Assembly: GCA_964291675.2 (NCBI GenBank)
Contig: OZ219865.1
Coordinates: 288,001 to 352,000, forward strand
Direction of reading: 5' to 3'
Origin: Alphaproteobacteria bacterium
Lineage (GTDB): Bacteria > Pseudomonadota > Alphaproteobacteria > MPNO01
Length of the DNA stretch: 64,000 bases
The stretch's first letter is position 1; each line of letters begins with the position of its first letter. Under the pieces are notes generated by a model that did no database searches, was not told the origin of the DNA, and saw nothing but the letters and a program-made list of their open reading frames with translations. Made by a program: the position numbers and the translations under genes. Positions 10,135-20,832 of this stretch are shown piece by piece.

Positions 10135-10899
10135 ATGCGGCGCGGCGAAACCCTCGTGCTCGATCTCGACGGCTACGAAGGGCCGATCGACGTGCTGCTG
10201 GCCCTGGCGCGTCAGCAGAAGGTGGACCTCGCCCGGATATCGATCCTCGATCTCGCCGAGCAGTATCTCGCCTTCATCGCCGCCGCGCGCCGGCTCGACC
10301 TGGAGATCGCCGCCGACTACCTGGTGATGGCGGCCTGGCTGGTCTACCTCAAGTCGCGGCTGCTGCTGCCCGAAGCGGAGGACGACGAGGCGCCGAGCGG
10401 ACCGGAGCTCGCCGAGGCGCTCGCCTTCCAGCTCCGCCGCCTCGAAGCCATGCAGGAGCGGGGCCGGCAGATGATGGCCCGGCCGCTGCTCGGGCGCGAC
10501 GTCTTCGCCCGCGGCGACCCGCAGGAGACCGAGGTGGTGCGCTGCCCGGTATACGAGGTTTCTCTGTTCGACCTGTTGTCCGCCTATGGCGAGAACCGCC
10601 GGCGGCGCGTCGACGCGGTGCTGGAGATCGAGCCGAGCGCGCTCCATTCGGTCGCCGATGCGATCGAGCGGCTGGGCGGGCTCGGCAGCGTCGACTGGCA
10701 GACGCTGTTCGAGTTCCTGCCGCCCGACGCCGGCGGCGGGATCCGGCTGCGCTCGGCGGTCGCCTCCACCTTCGTGGCCGGGCTGGAGCTTGCACGCATG
10801 GGGCGAATCGAGTTCCGGCAATTGAACCCGTTCGGCCCTATATACATACGGGGACGGAATGGCACCGCTCCCGTCCGGGAGGCCGGAAATGAAGCATGA
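10135..10899 (+). CDS. scpA: Segregation/condensation protein A
   Basis: 'YEGPIDVLL', 'AADYLVMAAWL..LKSRLLLP'. Confidence 0.93.
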   Translation: MRRGETLVLDLDGYEGPIDVLLALARQQKVDLARISILDLAEQYLAFIAAARRLDLEIAADYLVMAAWLVYLKSRLLLPEAEDDEAPSGPELAEALAFQLRRLEAMQERGRQMMARPLLGRDVFARGDPQETEVVRCPVYEVSLFDLLSAYGENRRRRVDAVLEIEPSALHSVADAIERLGGLGSVDWQTLFEFLPPDAGGGIRLRSAVASTFVAGLELARMGRIEFRQLNPFGPIYIRGRNGTAPVREAGNEA

Positions 10900-11545
10900 T
10901 CTGCGCCTTATGGAAGCGATCCTGTTCGCCGCTTCCGAGCCGGTGGACGAGGCCGCGCTTGCCGGCCGGTTCGCCGAGGACACCGATATCGCGGCCCTGA
11001 TCGATGCGCTCGTGGCCGATTACGCGCCGCGCGGCGTCAACCTCGTGCGCGTCGGCGGCGGCTGGTGCTTCCGCACCGCGGAGGATCTCGCCGGGCACAT
11101 GCGGGTGGAACGCAAGGTGACCCGCAAGCCCTCGCGCGCCGCGGTGGAGACGCTCGCCGTCATCGCCTATCACCAGCCGGTGACGCGCAGCGAGGTCGAG
11201 CACATCCGCGGCGTCGCGGCGAGCCGCGGCACCTTCGACTTCCTGCTCGAAGCCGGCTGGATCCGCCCCGTCGGCAAGCGCCGCACCCCGGGGCGCCCGG
11301 TGACCTGGGGAACGACGGACGGGTTCCTGGTCCATTTCGGGCTGTCGGGCCTCGACGACCTGCCCGGGATGGACGAGCTCAAGGCGACCGGGCTGCTGGA
11401 TGTCCGCCCGGCGAGCACCGTCATCGGCGCCGCGCTGCCGCCCGGGGAAGACGCGCGCGACGACGGCGTCGTGCACCTGCCCATCGATCCCGTGGGCGAG
11501 TCCGACGAGATTCCGGCGTTCGCCCCGGCCGCCGCCGCCGAGTAG
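10889..11545 (+). CDS. scpB: SMC-Scp complex subunit ScpB
   Basis: 'EAILFAA', '[14 protein letters not shown]', '[16 protein letters not shown]'. Confidence 0.95.
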   Translation: MKHDLRLMEAILFAASEPVDEAALAGRFAEDTDIAALIDALVADYAPRGVNLVRVGGGWCFRTAEDLAGHMRVERKVTRKPSRAAVETLAVIAYHQPVTRSEVEHIRGVAASRGTFDFLLEAGWIRPVGKRRTPGRPVTWGTTDGFLVHFGLSGLDDLPGMDELKATGLLDVRPASTVIGAALPPGEDARDDGVVHLPIDPVGESDEIPAFAPAAAAE

Positions 11546-11660
11546 ACCGGAACGGCCTGCCGCAAAGGCGAGTGCACGACCTCGCGGTTTCTTGTATATA
11601 CGCGGTCTGCCATCGCCGTCGGCGGCGGAAATGGCGGAACGGAAGGCAGGAGCACCCGCG

Positions 11661-11894
11661 ATGGGATCGTTTAGCATCTGGCACTGGCTCGTCGTCCTCG
11701 TAGTGGTTCTTGTCCTGTTCGGAGGCGGCGGGAAGCTGTCGCGCCTGATGGGCGATGCGGCGCGCGGCATCAACGCTTTCAAGAAGGGCCTGAAGGACAG
11801 CGATCCGGCGGGCACGGTGTCGGCGGAGGCGAAGGACCCGGCGAAGGAGATCCCGGCGGAAGCCAGGGAACGGGACGAGACCGCCAAGAGCTGA
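11661..11894 (+). CDS. tatA: Twin-arginine translocase TatA
   Basis: '[21 protein letters not shown]...FKKGL'. Confidence 0.95.
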   Translation: MGSFSIWHWLVVLVVVLVLFGGGGKLSRLMGDAARGINAFKKGLKDSDPAGTVSAEAKDPAKEIPAEARERDETAKS

Positions 11895-11981
11895 GGAGCT
11901 GGACCGAGGGTGCGGCGGCGCGCGCGAGCGGAAGCCGGACGCCCCGCTTGAGCGGCAACCCAATGACGGATCGGCCGGCCG

Positions 11982-12461
11982 ATGCTTGACATCGGCAGTT
12001 GGGAATTCCTGATCGTTATCGTGATCGCGTTGATCGTGATCGGTCCCAAGGACCTGCCCGCGCTGGTCCGCACGGTGAGCTACTGGGTGCGCCGCGCGCG
12101 CGAGCTGGCGCGCGAGTTCCAGGGCGGGCTGGAGGACATGGCGCGCGAGGCCGAGCTCGACAAGGTCAAGGATTCGCTGACCGCCGAGATCGACCCCGAC
12201 GGCATGGTCAACACGATCAAGCGCGAGATCGAGGACGAGATCGAGGACGAGTGGCCCGACGAGGTGACGGCGCTCGACTATCTCGACCAGGAACCGGCCA
12301 AGCCCGAGGACGGGGCCGAACCGGAAGCCGCGGAAGCGGTCGAGGCCGCGCCAGCCGCCGAGGCCACGCAAGCCGCCGAGGCCACGCAAGCGGACGACGC
12401 CCCTCCCGAAGCGGTCGATGAGGAAGAGGCGGTCGCCGCCAAGGCGGGGTCGGGCACGTGA
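11982..12461 (+). CDS. tatB: Twin-arginine translocase TatB
   Basis: 'MLDIGSWEFLIV...IGPKDLP'. Confidence 0.95.
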   Translation: MLDIGSWEFLIVIVIALIVIGPKDLPALVRTVSYWVRRARELAREFQGGLEDMAREAELDKVKDSLTAEIDPDGMVNTIKREIEDEIEDEWPDEVTALDYLDQEPAKPEDGAEPEAAEAVEAAPAAEATQAAEATQADDAPPEAVDEEEAVAAKAGSGT

Positions 12462-13270
12462 ACGACACGGTGAACGAAACGGCCGACGAGAACCCGCGCG
12501 ACAAGGCGATGCCGCTGCTCGACCACCTGATCGAGCTGCGCACCCGGCTGATCTACTGCGCCATCGGCTTCATCGTCACCTTCTTCGCCTGTTTCTTCGT
12601 CGCCGAGGAGATCTTCTCCTTCCTGGTCCGGCCGCTGGCCGCCGCGCTCGACGAGCGCGAGGGCAGCCGGATGATCTTCACCGCCCTGCACGAGGCGTTC
12701 TTCACCTATGTCAAGGTGGCGTTCTGGACCGCCGCGCTGATCGCCTTCCCGCTGATCTCGATGCAGGTCTGGCTGTTCGTCGCCCCCGGCCTCTACAAGA
12801 ACGAGCGCCGGGCCTTCCTGCCCTTCCTGATGGCCACTCCGATCCTGTTCTGCATGGGCGCCGCGCTGGTCTATTACGGCGTGATGCCGGTGGCGTGGGA
12901 GTTCTTCCTCGACTTCCAGCGGCCCGCCGATCCCGGCGACCTGCCGATCGAGGTCGAGCCCAAGGTCGACCAGTATCTGTCGCTGGTGATGCGGCTGATC
13001 TTCGCCTTCGGGATCGGCTTCGAGCTGCCGGTCTTCCTGATGCTGCTGGCGCGCGCCGGGATCGTCACCGCCGACGGGCTCGCCGCCAAGCGGCGCTACG
13101 CCATCGTCGCGGTGTTCGTCGCCGCGGCGATCCTGACCCCGCCCGACGTTTTCAGCCAGATCGGGCTCGCATTGCCGATCATCCTGCTGTACGAAGCCTC
13201 GATTTTCGGGGCCCGCGTGATGGAGCGCAAACGCGCCGAGCGCGAAGCCGCCGAGGACGCGTCCGCATAG
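12458..13270 (+). CDS. tatC: Twin-arginine translocase TatC
   Basis: 'PLLDHLIELR.RL', 'FVAPGLY', 'TPPD..SQ'. Confidence 0.96.
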   Translation: MNDTVNETADENPRDKAMPLLDHLIELRTRLIYCAIGFIVTFFACFFVAEEIFSFLVRPLAAALDEREGSRMIFTALHEAFFTYVKVAFWTAALIAFPLISMQVWLFVAPGLYKNERRAFLPFLMATPILFCMGAALVYYGVMPVAWEFFLDFQRPADPGDLPIEVEPKVDQYLSLVMRLIFAFGIGFELPVFLMLLARAGIVTADGLAAKRRYAIVAVFVAAAILTPPDVFSQIGLALPIILLYEASIFGARVMERKRAEREAAEDASA

Positions 13271-13297
13271 CCGGGCTTTTGCGACGGCGGAGTAGGC

Positions 13298-14581
13298 ATG
13301 CTCGATCTGCGTTGGATCAGGGAGAACCCCCGCGACCTCGATCGCGGGCTGGAACGGCGCGGCCTCGCGCCGATGAGCGAGGACGTCCTCGCGCTCGATT
13401 CCCGCCGCCGCGCGCGCCAGACCGAGCTCCAGACCCACCAGACAAGGCGCAACGAGGCTTCGCGCGAGATCGGCGCGGCGAAGAAGGAGGGGGCGGACGC
13501 GACCGCGCTGATCGACGAGGTCGCGGCGATCAAGACCCGCATGCAGGCGCTGGAGGACGAGTGCGCCGGCATCGACGCCGAGATCGAGGCGCTGCTGGCG
13601 GACGTCCCCAACCCGCCTGCCGGAGACGTTCCCGACGGTCCCGACGAGAGCGCCAATGTCGAGCTCCGCCGCGTCGGCGCGCCGGCCGAATTCGCGTTCG
13701 AGGCGAAGGACCACGTCGCGATCGGCGAGGCGCTCGGCATGATGGATTTCGCCGCCGCCTCCAAGCTCTCGGGCGCGCGCTTCGTGGTGCTCAACGATGC
13801 GCTCGCCCGGCTGGAGCGCGCGCTGGCGGCCTTCATGCTCGACCTGCACACGTCCGAGTTCGGCTACACCGAGACCAGCACGCCCTTCCTGGTGCGCGAT
13901 GCCGCGCTGTTCGGCACCGGGCAGCTTCCCAAGTTCGCCGAGGACCTGTTCCGCACCGACACCGACCACTGGCTGATCCCGACCGCCGAGGTGCCGTTGA
14001 CCAATCTGGTGGCGGGCGAGATCCTCGACGCCGCCGAGCTCCCGCTCCGCTTCGTCGCGCTCACGCCGTGCTTCCGGTCCGAGGCGGGCGCCGCCGGGCG
14101 CGATACCCGCGGCATGCTGCGCCAGCACCAATTCCACAAGGTGGAGCTGGTCAGCGTCACCCGGCCGGAGGACTCGCCCGGGGAGCACGAGCGCATGACC
14201 GCGGCCGCGGAAGAGGTGCTGAAGCGCCTCGAAATCCCCTACCGGGTGGTCGTGCTGTCGACCGGCGACATGGGCTTCGCGGCTGAGAAGACCTACGACA
14301 TCGAGGTCTGGCTGCCGGGGCAGAACGCCTATCGCGAGGTCTCCAGCTGCTCGAATTGCGGCGCCTTCCAGGCGCGGCGGATGCGCGCGCGCTACCGCCC
14401 GGAAGACCGCCGGGGAACCGCCTTCGTGCACACGCTCAACGGTTCCGGCGTCGCCGTCGGCCGGCTGCTGATCGCGGTGCTGGAGAACGGCCAGCAGGAA
14501 GACGGGTCGGTCGCCCTGCCGGCGGCGCTCGGCCCGTATATGGGCGGACTCGCGGCGATCCGGCCGGCGCGCCGGGGGTAG
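13298..14581 (+). CDS. serS: Serine--tRNA ligase
   Basis: 'LIPTAEVP', 'CFRSEAG', 'RQHQF.KVE', 'HTLNGSG'. Confidence 0.97.
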   Translation: MLDLRWIRENPRDLDRGLERRGLAPMSEDVLALDSRRRARQTELQTHQTRRNEASREIGAAKKEGADATALIDEVAAIKTRMQALEDECAGIDAEIEALLADVPNPPAGDVPDGPDESANVELRRVGAPAEFAFEAKDHVAIGEALGMMDFAAASKLSGARFVVLNDALARLERALAAFMLDLHTSEFGYTETSTPFLVRDAALFGTGQLPKFAEDLFRTDTDHWLIPTAEVPLTNLVAGEILDAAELPLRFVALTPCFRSEAGAAGRDTRGMLRQHQFHKVELVSVTRPEDSPGEHERMTAAAEEVLKRLEIPYRVVVLSTGDMGFAAEKTYDIEVWLPGQNAYREVSSCSNCGAFQARRMRARYRPEDRRGTAFVHTLNGSGVAVGRLLIAVLENGQQEDGSVALPAALGPYMGGLAAIRPARRG

Positions 14582-14604
14582 CCGGGCTGCGCGGGAGCTC
14601 TTCC

Positions 14605-15252
14605 GTGATCGAATACGAGTCGAGGATCCGGCTGATCGCGGAGCTCCGCAGCCACGGCATCACCGACCGCGACGTGCTGGCGGCGATCGAGCGGGTGCCG
14701 CGCGAGATGTTCGTGCCGCCGGCCTTTCGCGCCCGGGCGCACGACAACTCGGCGCTGCCCATCGGCCACGGCCAGACCATCTCCCAGCCCGCGGTGGTCG
14801 CCTACATGACGCGGGAGCTCGAGCTGGAGAAGCGCATGAAGGTGCTGGAGATCGGCACCGGGTCGGGCTACCAGGCGGCGGTGCTCGCCGGGCTGTGCCG
14901 CCGCGTCTATACCGTCGAGCGCCTGCGGCCCCTGCTGCGCGAGGCCGAGCGGCGCTTCGAGGCGTTGCGTCTCGCCAACGTCACCACCAGGTGGGACGAC
15001 GGCTCCCGGGGCTGGCCCGAGGTGGCGCCGTTCGAGCGGATCATCGTGACCGCCGCCGCGATCGACGTCCCGCCGGTCCTGCTCGACCAGCTCGCGCCGG
15101 ACGGCATCATGATCCTTCCGGTGGGCGGCGAGGAGGAGGATCAACAGCTCCTCAAGTGCCGTCGGCACGGCGATTCGGTGGACTACGAGACGCTGTGGCC
15201 GGTGCGTTTCGTCCCGCTGCTGCCCGACGCGGTGGACGAGTCCCCGCCCTGA
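14605..15252 (+). CDS. pcm: Protein-L-isoaspartate O-methyltransferase
   Basis: 'GQTISQP', 'VLEIGTGSGYQAAVL', 'VRFVPL'; GTG start inferred. Confidence 0.93.
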   Translation: MIEYESRIRLIAELRSHGITDRDVLAAIERVPREMFVPPAFRARAHDNSALPIGHGQTISQPAVVAYMTRELELEKRMKVLEIGTGSGYQAAVLAGLCRRVYTVERLRPLLREAERRFEALRLANVTTRWDDGSRGWPEVAPFERIIVTAAAIDVPPVLLDQLAPDGIMILPVGGEEEDQQLLKCRRHGDSVDYETLWPVRFVPLLPDAVDESPP

Positions 15253-15334
15253 CTCCCGATTCGGTCTCGCGGATTGTATTCCGTATCGGTTGAGGTTAGG
15301 CTGGGAACAAGTTGATTTAACGGACTCTTTTGAA

Positions 15335-16291
15335 ATGCTTCGGAGCGTCGTCCTGGTCGTGGCGTTGCTTGCCGTCTCCGCCTGCGGCGGCGGCCGCGAC
15401 TATTCGGGCTACGGCACGGCCCGGAACCCCGGCCCGGCGGCGAGCGCGGGCGGGTCGGCGGCGGGCGTCGCGGTGGTGCGGCGCGGCGATACGCTCTACC
15501 GGATCGCGCGCCGCAACGGGGTCCCGCTGCGCGAGCTGATCACCCTCAACCGGCTCGGCCCGCCCTACCGCATCCATCCCGGCCAAAAGCTTCGGCTGCC
15601 CGGCGAGAAGCAGCACGTGGTGCGGCGCGGCGACACGCTGGAGCGCATCGCCCGGCGCCGCGGCGTGTCCGCCAGGCGTCTGGCCGCGGCCAACGGCATC
15701 CATCCGCCCTACCGCATCTATCCGGGCCAGGCGCTGCGCCTGCCCGGGTCCGGGCGGGTCGCGAAACGCCCGGCGCCGCCGCCCCGGCGGGCGAAGTCCG
15801 GATCGCCGCGGACGGTCTCGCTCGCTCCGCCGCCGCCGCGCGCCGGCAAGCGCTTCCTGTGGCCGGTCCAGGGGCCGGTCGCGGTCGGCTTCGGCAACCG
15901 CGGCAAGGGGGTGCGCAATGACGGGATCAACATCCTGGCGCGGCGCGGAACCGGCGTGCGGGCGGCGGAGAACGGGGTGGTCGCCTATTCCGGCAACGCG
16001 GTGCGCGGGTTCGGCAATCTGGTGCTGATCAAGCACGCCGGCGGCTGGATGAGCGCCTATGCCCATAACGAGGTGCTGCTGGTCCGCACCGGGCAGAAGG
16101 TACGCCGCGGCCAGACCATCTCGCGGGTCGGCTCGACCGGCAGCGTGAACCGGCCGCAGCTCCATTTCGAGCTGAGGCGGGGGCGCCGCGCGGTCGACCC
16201 GCTGCGCTATCTGGGGCCGCCGAGCCGGTCGATCAGCGCGCTTCCGGCCGATCCAGCCGCACCCCGGCCCGGCCGGCCAGGTCCTGTATGA
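15335..16291 (+). CDS. nlpD: LysM + M23 peptidase lipoprotein (NlpD-like)
   Basis: Lipobox 'AVSAC', two LysM repeats ('VRRGDTL'), M23 'NDGINI...YAHN...QLHFELR'. Confidence 0.85.
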   Translation: MLRSVVLVVALLAVSACGGGRDYSGYGTARNPGPAASAGGSAAGVAVVRRGDTLYRIARRNGVPLRELITLNRLGPPYRIHPGQKLRLPGEKQHVVRRGDTLERIARRRGVSARRLAAANGIHPPYRIYPGQALRLPGSGRVAKRPAPPPRRAKSGSPRTVSLAPPPPRAGKRFLWPVQGPVAVGFGNRGKGVRNDGINILARRGTGVRAAENGVVAYSGNAVRGFGNLVLIKHAGGWMSAYAHNEVLLVRTGQKVRRGQTISRVGSTGSVNRPQLHFELRRGRRAVDPLRYLGPPSRSISALPADPAAPRPGRPGPV

Positions 16292-17129
16292 ACTGCCAGG
16301 CGACCCGGCCCGACCGGGCGCCTCTGGTCACCGACCATTCCTTCGCCTCGCCGCGCAGCCGCTCGCGCGCAAGCGCGAGGCCGTAGCGGTCGGCATAGCC
16401 CTCGACGATTCGGAAATAGGTCTCCTGGTCGCAGTTGTGGAAGCCCAGCCAGAGGCCGAACCGGTCCGACAGCGAGACCTTCTCGTCGACCGTCTCGGCC
16501 GGGGCGATCGCGGTGGATTGCTCGTTCTCGATTATCTCGCGCGGCATCAGGTGGCGGCGGTTCGAGGTCGCGTAGAAGATCACGTTGGCGGGCCTGCCCT
16601 CTATGCCGCCTTCCAGCAGCGCCTTGAGCGACTTGAACGTGGTGTCCTCGGCCTCGAAGGAGAGGTCGTCGCAGAACAGGATGAAGCGGCGCGCGACCCC
16701 GCGCAGCGTCGCCAGCAGCACCGGCAGGCTGGAGAGGTCCTCGCGATGCACCTCGACCAGCCCGAGCCCGCCGCCGATCTCCGCGTTGACCGCCCCGTGC
16801 ACCGACTTGACCAGCGAGCTCTTGCCCATGCCCCTGGCGCCCCACAGGAGCGCGTTGTTGGCCGGCAGGCCCTGCGCGAAGCGCCGCGTGTTCTCCATCA
16901 GCGTCGCCGCCGGCCGGTCGATGCCCACCAGCAGCTCGAGATCGAGCCGGTTCACGTCGGGTACCGGGACCAGGCGGCTGTCCTCGGGATGCCAGACGAA
17001 GGCCTCGCCGTCGTGCAGATCCGCCGGCTCTGCCGGCAGCGGCGCCGCGCGCTCCAGCGCATCCGCGATTCGCGCCAGGAGGGCCCTGAGCGCCGCGCCG
17101 TCCGCCTCGCCGTTTCCGTCCCGCGCCAT
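16233..17129 (-). CDS. DUF815-type AAA+ ATPase
   Basis: 'NNALLWGARGMGKSS', 'FCDDLSF', 'YATSNRRHL', 'SLSDRFGL'. Confidence 0.88.
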   Translation of the reverse strand: MARDGNGEADGAALRALLARIADALERAAPLPAEPADLHDGEAFVWHPEDSRLVPVPDVNRLDLELLVGIDRPAATLMENTRRFAQGLPANNALLWGARGMGKSSLVKSVHGAVNAEIGGGLGLVEVHREDLSSLPVLLATLRGVARRFILFCDDLSFEAEDTTFKSLKALLEGGIEGRPANVIFYATSNRRHLMPREIIENEQSTAIAPAETVDEKVSLSDRFGLWLGFHNCDQETYFRIVEGYADRYGLALARERLRGEAKEWSVTRGARSGRVAWQFIQDLAGRAGVRLDRPEAR

Positions 17130-17319
17130 TCGCTCTTCCTCTTTTCCCGGCCGGCGCGAGACCCTAATACAACGCGCTTGCCAGTCAAGGGCGCGGCCGG
17201 GGAACCGGTTGCATGTGCGAGGGCGGGCGCTATAGTCCGTGCGGTCGCGAAGCCCGGTGCCCGCGGTTTGTCGAGGCGGTCCCTCGCGCAGCCCAGCGAA
17301 TTGGACGGAGGGTCGCCCC

Positions 17320-17811
17320 ATGTTGATTGCACCGGCGTTCGCCCAGGATGGGGGAGGGGGGATGGGTGGTCTCGAACCGCTGATACCGCTGGTTCTGATT
17401 TTCGTGGTGTTCTACTTCCTGCTCATTCGCCCGCAGCAGAAGAAGGCCAAGGCGCATCGCGAGATGATCGCCGGGCTCAGGCGCGGCGACCGGGTGGTCA
17501 CGTCGGGCGGAATCATCGGCCAGGTCCAGCGCGTGCTCGGCGACAACGAGCTCAGCGTCCAGATCGCCGAGGGCGTGCGGGTCCGGGTGATGCGCACGAT
17601 GATCGCCGAGCTGGTCGCCAAGCCCGAGCCGAGCCGTGCCCGGGACGCCGATTACGACGACGATGACGACGAAGAATACGACGAGGATGACGAGGAAGAG
17701 GAGCGCCGCCCGCGGCGAAGCCGGGCGCGCAGGCGGCGCAGCGAGCGCGCCCGCGACGACGGCGACGATGGCGATGACGAGGCGGACGACCCGGATGAGG
17801 ACAGGCGTTAG
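17320..17811 (+). CDS. yajC: Preprotein translocase subunit YajC with long charged tail
   Basis: 'FYFLLIRPQQK', 'GDRVVTSGGIIG'; upstream of secD. Confidence 0.93.
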   Translation: MLIAPAFAQDGGGGMGGLEPLIPLVLIFVVFYFLLIRPQQKKAKAHREMIAGLRRGDRVVTSGGIIGQVQRVLGDNELSVQIAEGVRVRVMRTMIAELVAKPEPSRARDADYDDDDDEEYDEDDEEEERRPRRSRARRRRSERARDDGDDGDDEADDPDEDRR

Positions 17812-17868
17812 CCGCCGCGTTCGGGCTGTGGACGACAGGGGTAGGCGGAGCGTCGATCGGCCGGTCCG

Positions 17869-19443
17869 ATGATTTATTTCGCCAAGTGGAAGATCGTCCT
17901 CGTCGCGGTCGTTTGCGTGCTCGGCATCTTCTATGCCGCGCCCAACGTGGTCGACCGCAGCCTGCTCGAAGGCATCCCGGACGGGCTTCCGAACAAGCAG
18001 ATCAGCCTCGGCCTCGATCTCCAGGGCGGGTCCCACCTGCTGCTCGAGGTCGAGGTCGACGCGGTGATCCGCGAGCGGCTGATCGCCCTGGTCGATGCCG
18101 CGCGGACCGAGCTCAGACGGGCCCGGATCGGCTATCGCGGGCTCGGCATCCAGGGCCAGGCCATCTCATTCACGGTGCGCGAGCCCGGCAAGATCGACGA
18201 GGCGCACCGCATCGCCCAGCGCCTCGAGACCGGCACCGAGATCGACGAGAGCGGCGGGCGTTTCACCATCTCGCTGACCGAGCAGACGGTGCGCGACGTC
18301 AAGACCTCGGCGGTCAACCAGTCGATCGAGATCGTGCGCCGGCGGATCGACGAGACCGGGGTGCGCGAGCCGGCGATCCAGCGCCAGGGCGCCGACCGGA
18401 TCCTGGTCCAGCTGCCGGGCGTCAAGGACCCCGAGCGCATCAAGCGCCTGCTCGGCAAGACCGCGAAGATGAATTTCCGCCTGGTCGACCAGTCCATGTC
18501 GGCCGAGCAGGCGCGCCGCGGCCGCCCGCCGCCGGGCTCCGAGCTGGTGCCCGCCGACAACGAGATCGGCCCGGACGGCGAGCCGGTGCAGTACCTCGTC
18601 CGCAAGCGGGTGATGGTGGGCGGCGACACGCTGGTCGACGCCCAGCCGACGGTGCAGGACGCCCAGCCGGTCGTGAGCTTCCGCTTCGATGCGGTCGGCG
18701 CCAGGCGCTTCGGCGACACCACGCGGCGCAATGTCGGGCGGCCCTTCGCCATCGTGCTCGACGGCAAGGTGATCTCGGCGCCGGTGATCCGCGAGCCGAT
18801 CCTCGGCGGCTCCGGTATCATCTCCGGCAACTTCACCGTCCAGTCGGCGCGCGACCTCGCGCTGCTGCTGCGCGCGGGCGCGCTGCCGGCACCGCTCACC
18901 GTGCTGGAGGAGCGCACCGTCGGCCCCGGCATGGGCGCCGATTCGATCCGCGCCGGCAAGATCGCGAGCGTGCTCGCCATCGCCATCGTGATCGTCTTCA
19001 TGGCGGCGACCTACGGCATGTTCGGCGTCATGGCCGATATCGCGCTGACGCTCAACATGATCCTGATCGGCGCCGCGCTGTCGCTCTTGCAGGCGACGCT
19101 CACCCTGCCCGGGATCGCCGGGATCGTGCTCACCATCGGCATGGCGGTCGATGCGAACGTGCTGATCTTCGAGCGAATACGCGAGGAGCAGCGCAACGGT
19201 CGAACGCCGATCTCGGCGATCGATGCGGGCTATCAGCGCGCGCTGACCACGATCATCGACGCCAACCTGACCACCTTCATCGCCGCCGTGCTGCTGTTCC
19301 AGTTCGGCTCGGGGCCGATCAAGGGGTTCGCGGTGACGCTGGCGATCGGGCTGCTCACGTCTATGTTCACCGCGATCATGGTCACCCGGCTGATGGTCAT
19401 CACCTGGCTGCGGCGCCGTCGGCCGCAAGTCCTGCCCCTTTGA
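17869..19443 (+). CDS. secD: Protein translocase subunit SecD
   Basis: 'LGLDLQGG', 'LRAGALPA', 'GMAVDANVLIFERIREE'. Confidence 0.97.
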   Translation: MIYFAKWKIVLVAVVCVLGIFYAAPNVVDRSLLEGIPDGLPNKQISLGLDLQGGSHLLLEVEVDAVIRERLIALVDAARTELRRARIGYRGLGIQGQAISFTVREPGKIDEAHRIAQRLETGTEIDESGGRFTISLTEQTVRDVKTSAVNQSIEIVRRRIDETGVREPAIQRQGADRILVQLPGVKDPERIKRLLGKTAKMNFRLVDQSMSAEQARRGRPPPGSELVPADNEIGPDGEPVQYLVRKRVMVGGDTLVDAQPTVQDAQPVVSFRFDAVGARRFGDTTRRNVGRPFAIVLDGKVISAPVIREPILGGSGIISGNFTVQSARDLALLLRAGALPAPLTVLEERTVGPGMGADSIRAGKIASVLAIAIVIVFMAATYGMFGVMADIALTLNMILIGAALSLLQATLTLPGIAGIVLTIGMAVDANVLIFERIREEQRNGRTPISAIDAGYQRALTTIIDANLTTFIAAVLLFQFGSGPIKGFAVTLAIGLLTSMFTAIMVTRLMVITWLRRRRPQVLPL

Positions 19444-19459
19444 ACGGCGGAACGGCGCG

Positions 19460-20395
19460 ATGCGACTCGTCAGCTTCATCCCGACCGGCACCAGGATCGA
19501 CTTCATGCGCTGGCGCCGGACCGCCGGCATGGCGTCGATCGCGCTCACGGTGCTGTCGGCGGCGCTGTTCCTCGCCGTCGGGCTCAACTACGGCATCGAT
19601 TTCCGCGGCGGAATCCTGGTCGAGATCCGCACCGAGGGGCCGGCGGATATCGGCGCGCTGCGCTCCCAGCTCTCCACTCTCGATCTCGGCGAGGTCGAGC
19701 TCCAGGAATTCGGCGAGCCGACCGACGTGCTGATCCGCATCGAGCGCCAGTCGGGCGCGGAGCGCGAGCAGCTCAAGGCGGTCGAGGTGGTCAAGCAGGC
19801 GCTCGGCCCCGGGGTCGACTATCGACGGGTGGAGTTCGTCGGCCCCAAGGTGGGGGCGGAGCTGATCGAGGCCGGGATCACCGCGGTGCTGCTCGCCCTC
19901 GGGGCGATGCTGATCTATATCTGGTTCCGCTTCGAATGGCAGTTCGGCGTCGGCGCGGTGGTCGCATTGATGCACGACGTGATCCTGACCATCGGCATCT
20001 TCTCGCTGCTCGGGCTCGAATTCAACCTGTCGACCGTGGCCGCGGTGCTGACCATCGCCGGCTACTCGATCAACGACACGGTGGTGATCTACGACCGCGT
20101 GCGCGAGAACCTGCGCAAGTACAAGACCCTGCCGATCGACGACCTGTTGAACCTCAGCGTCAACGACACCCTGTCGCGGACCATCCTGACCAGCGTGACC
20201 ACCCTGCTCGCGCTGTTCTGCCTGTTCTTCTTCGGCGGGCAGGTGATCAAGGGGTTCAGCTTCGCGATGATCTGGGGGGTGGTCGTCGGCACCTATTCCT
20301 CGATCTGGGTCGCGGTGCCGCTGCTGGTCTACATGAAGCTCAAGCGCGGCGGTCTCATCGTCGGCGAGGTCGACGACGAGGGCGCCGCGGGCTGA
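19460..20395 (+). CDS. secF: Protein translocase subunit SecF
   Basis: 'GIDFRGG', 'GYSINDTVVIYDRVRE', 'GTYSSI'. Confidence 0.97.
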   Translation: MRLVSFIPTGTRIDFMRWRRTAGMASIALTVLSAALFLAVGLNYGIDFRGGILVEIRTEGPADIGALRSQLSTLDLGEVELQEFGEPTDVLIRIERQSGAEREQLKAVEVVKQALGPGVDYRRVEFVGPKVGAELIEAGITAVLLALGAMLIYIWFRFEWQFGVGAVVALMHDVILTIGIFSLLGLEFNLSTVAAVLTIAGYSINDTVVIYDRVRENLRKYKTLPIDDLLNLSVNDTLSRTILTSVTTLLALFCLFFFGGQVIKGFSFAMIWGVVVGTYSSIWVAVPLLVYMKLKRGGLIVGEVDDEGAAG

Positions 20396-20399
20396 GCCG

Positions 20400-20780
20400 A
20401 TGACCGGGATCGCGCCGGTCGACCCGCGGGACCGGAGCGTCATCCAGTCCTACGGCGACGGCCGGTTCCGCATCTCCGGGACGACCTTCGAGGGCTCGGT
20501 GATCGTCCTCGTCGACGCGGTCCTGCCCTGGCCGGAGGGCGACGCGGGGGAGGTGTCGCCGGAGGGCCTCGCCCCGGTCGTCGACGCCGATCCCGCGGTG
20601 GAGATCCTGCTGATCGGCACCGGCGGCGCGATGCGGCCGCTCGACCGCGATCTGACGGCGGCGCTCAGGCGGTGCGGCATCGTCGCCGACGCGATGGATA
20701 CCGGCGCCGCCTGCCGCACCTTCAACGTGCTCGCCGGCGAGGAACGCCGGGTCGCCGCCGCGCTGTCGGCGGCGGGCTGA
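20400..20780 (+). CDS. Mth938-like (DUF498) protein
   Basis: 'IQSYG', 'EILLIGTG', 'MDTGAACRTFNVL..E.R.VAAAL'. Confidence 0.9.
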   Translation: MTGIAPVDPRDRSVIQSYGDGRFRISGTTFEGSVIVLVDAVLPWPEGDAGEVSPEGLAPVVDADPAVEILLIGTGGAMRPLDRDLTAALRRCGIVADAMDTGAACRTFNVLAGEERRVAAALSAAG

Positions 20781-20791
20781 GCCGGAATCGA

Positions 20792-20816
20792 AACGGGGGC
20801 CGCCGCGGCCCCCGTT
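20792..20816. terminator. Hairpin between convergent genes (possible bidirectional terminator)
   Basis: AACGGGGGCC-GCCGC-GGCCCCCGTT; no strong U-tract. Confidence 0.5.
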
Positions 20817-20832
20817 CCAGCTATGGCTCGGC

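Noticed and set aside
12354-12392. 18-bp tandem repeat in tatB (and NG repeats at the gyrA end)
   Set aside because: In-frame low-complexity tail expansions, common and uninformative
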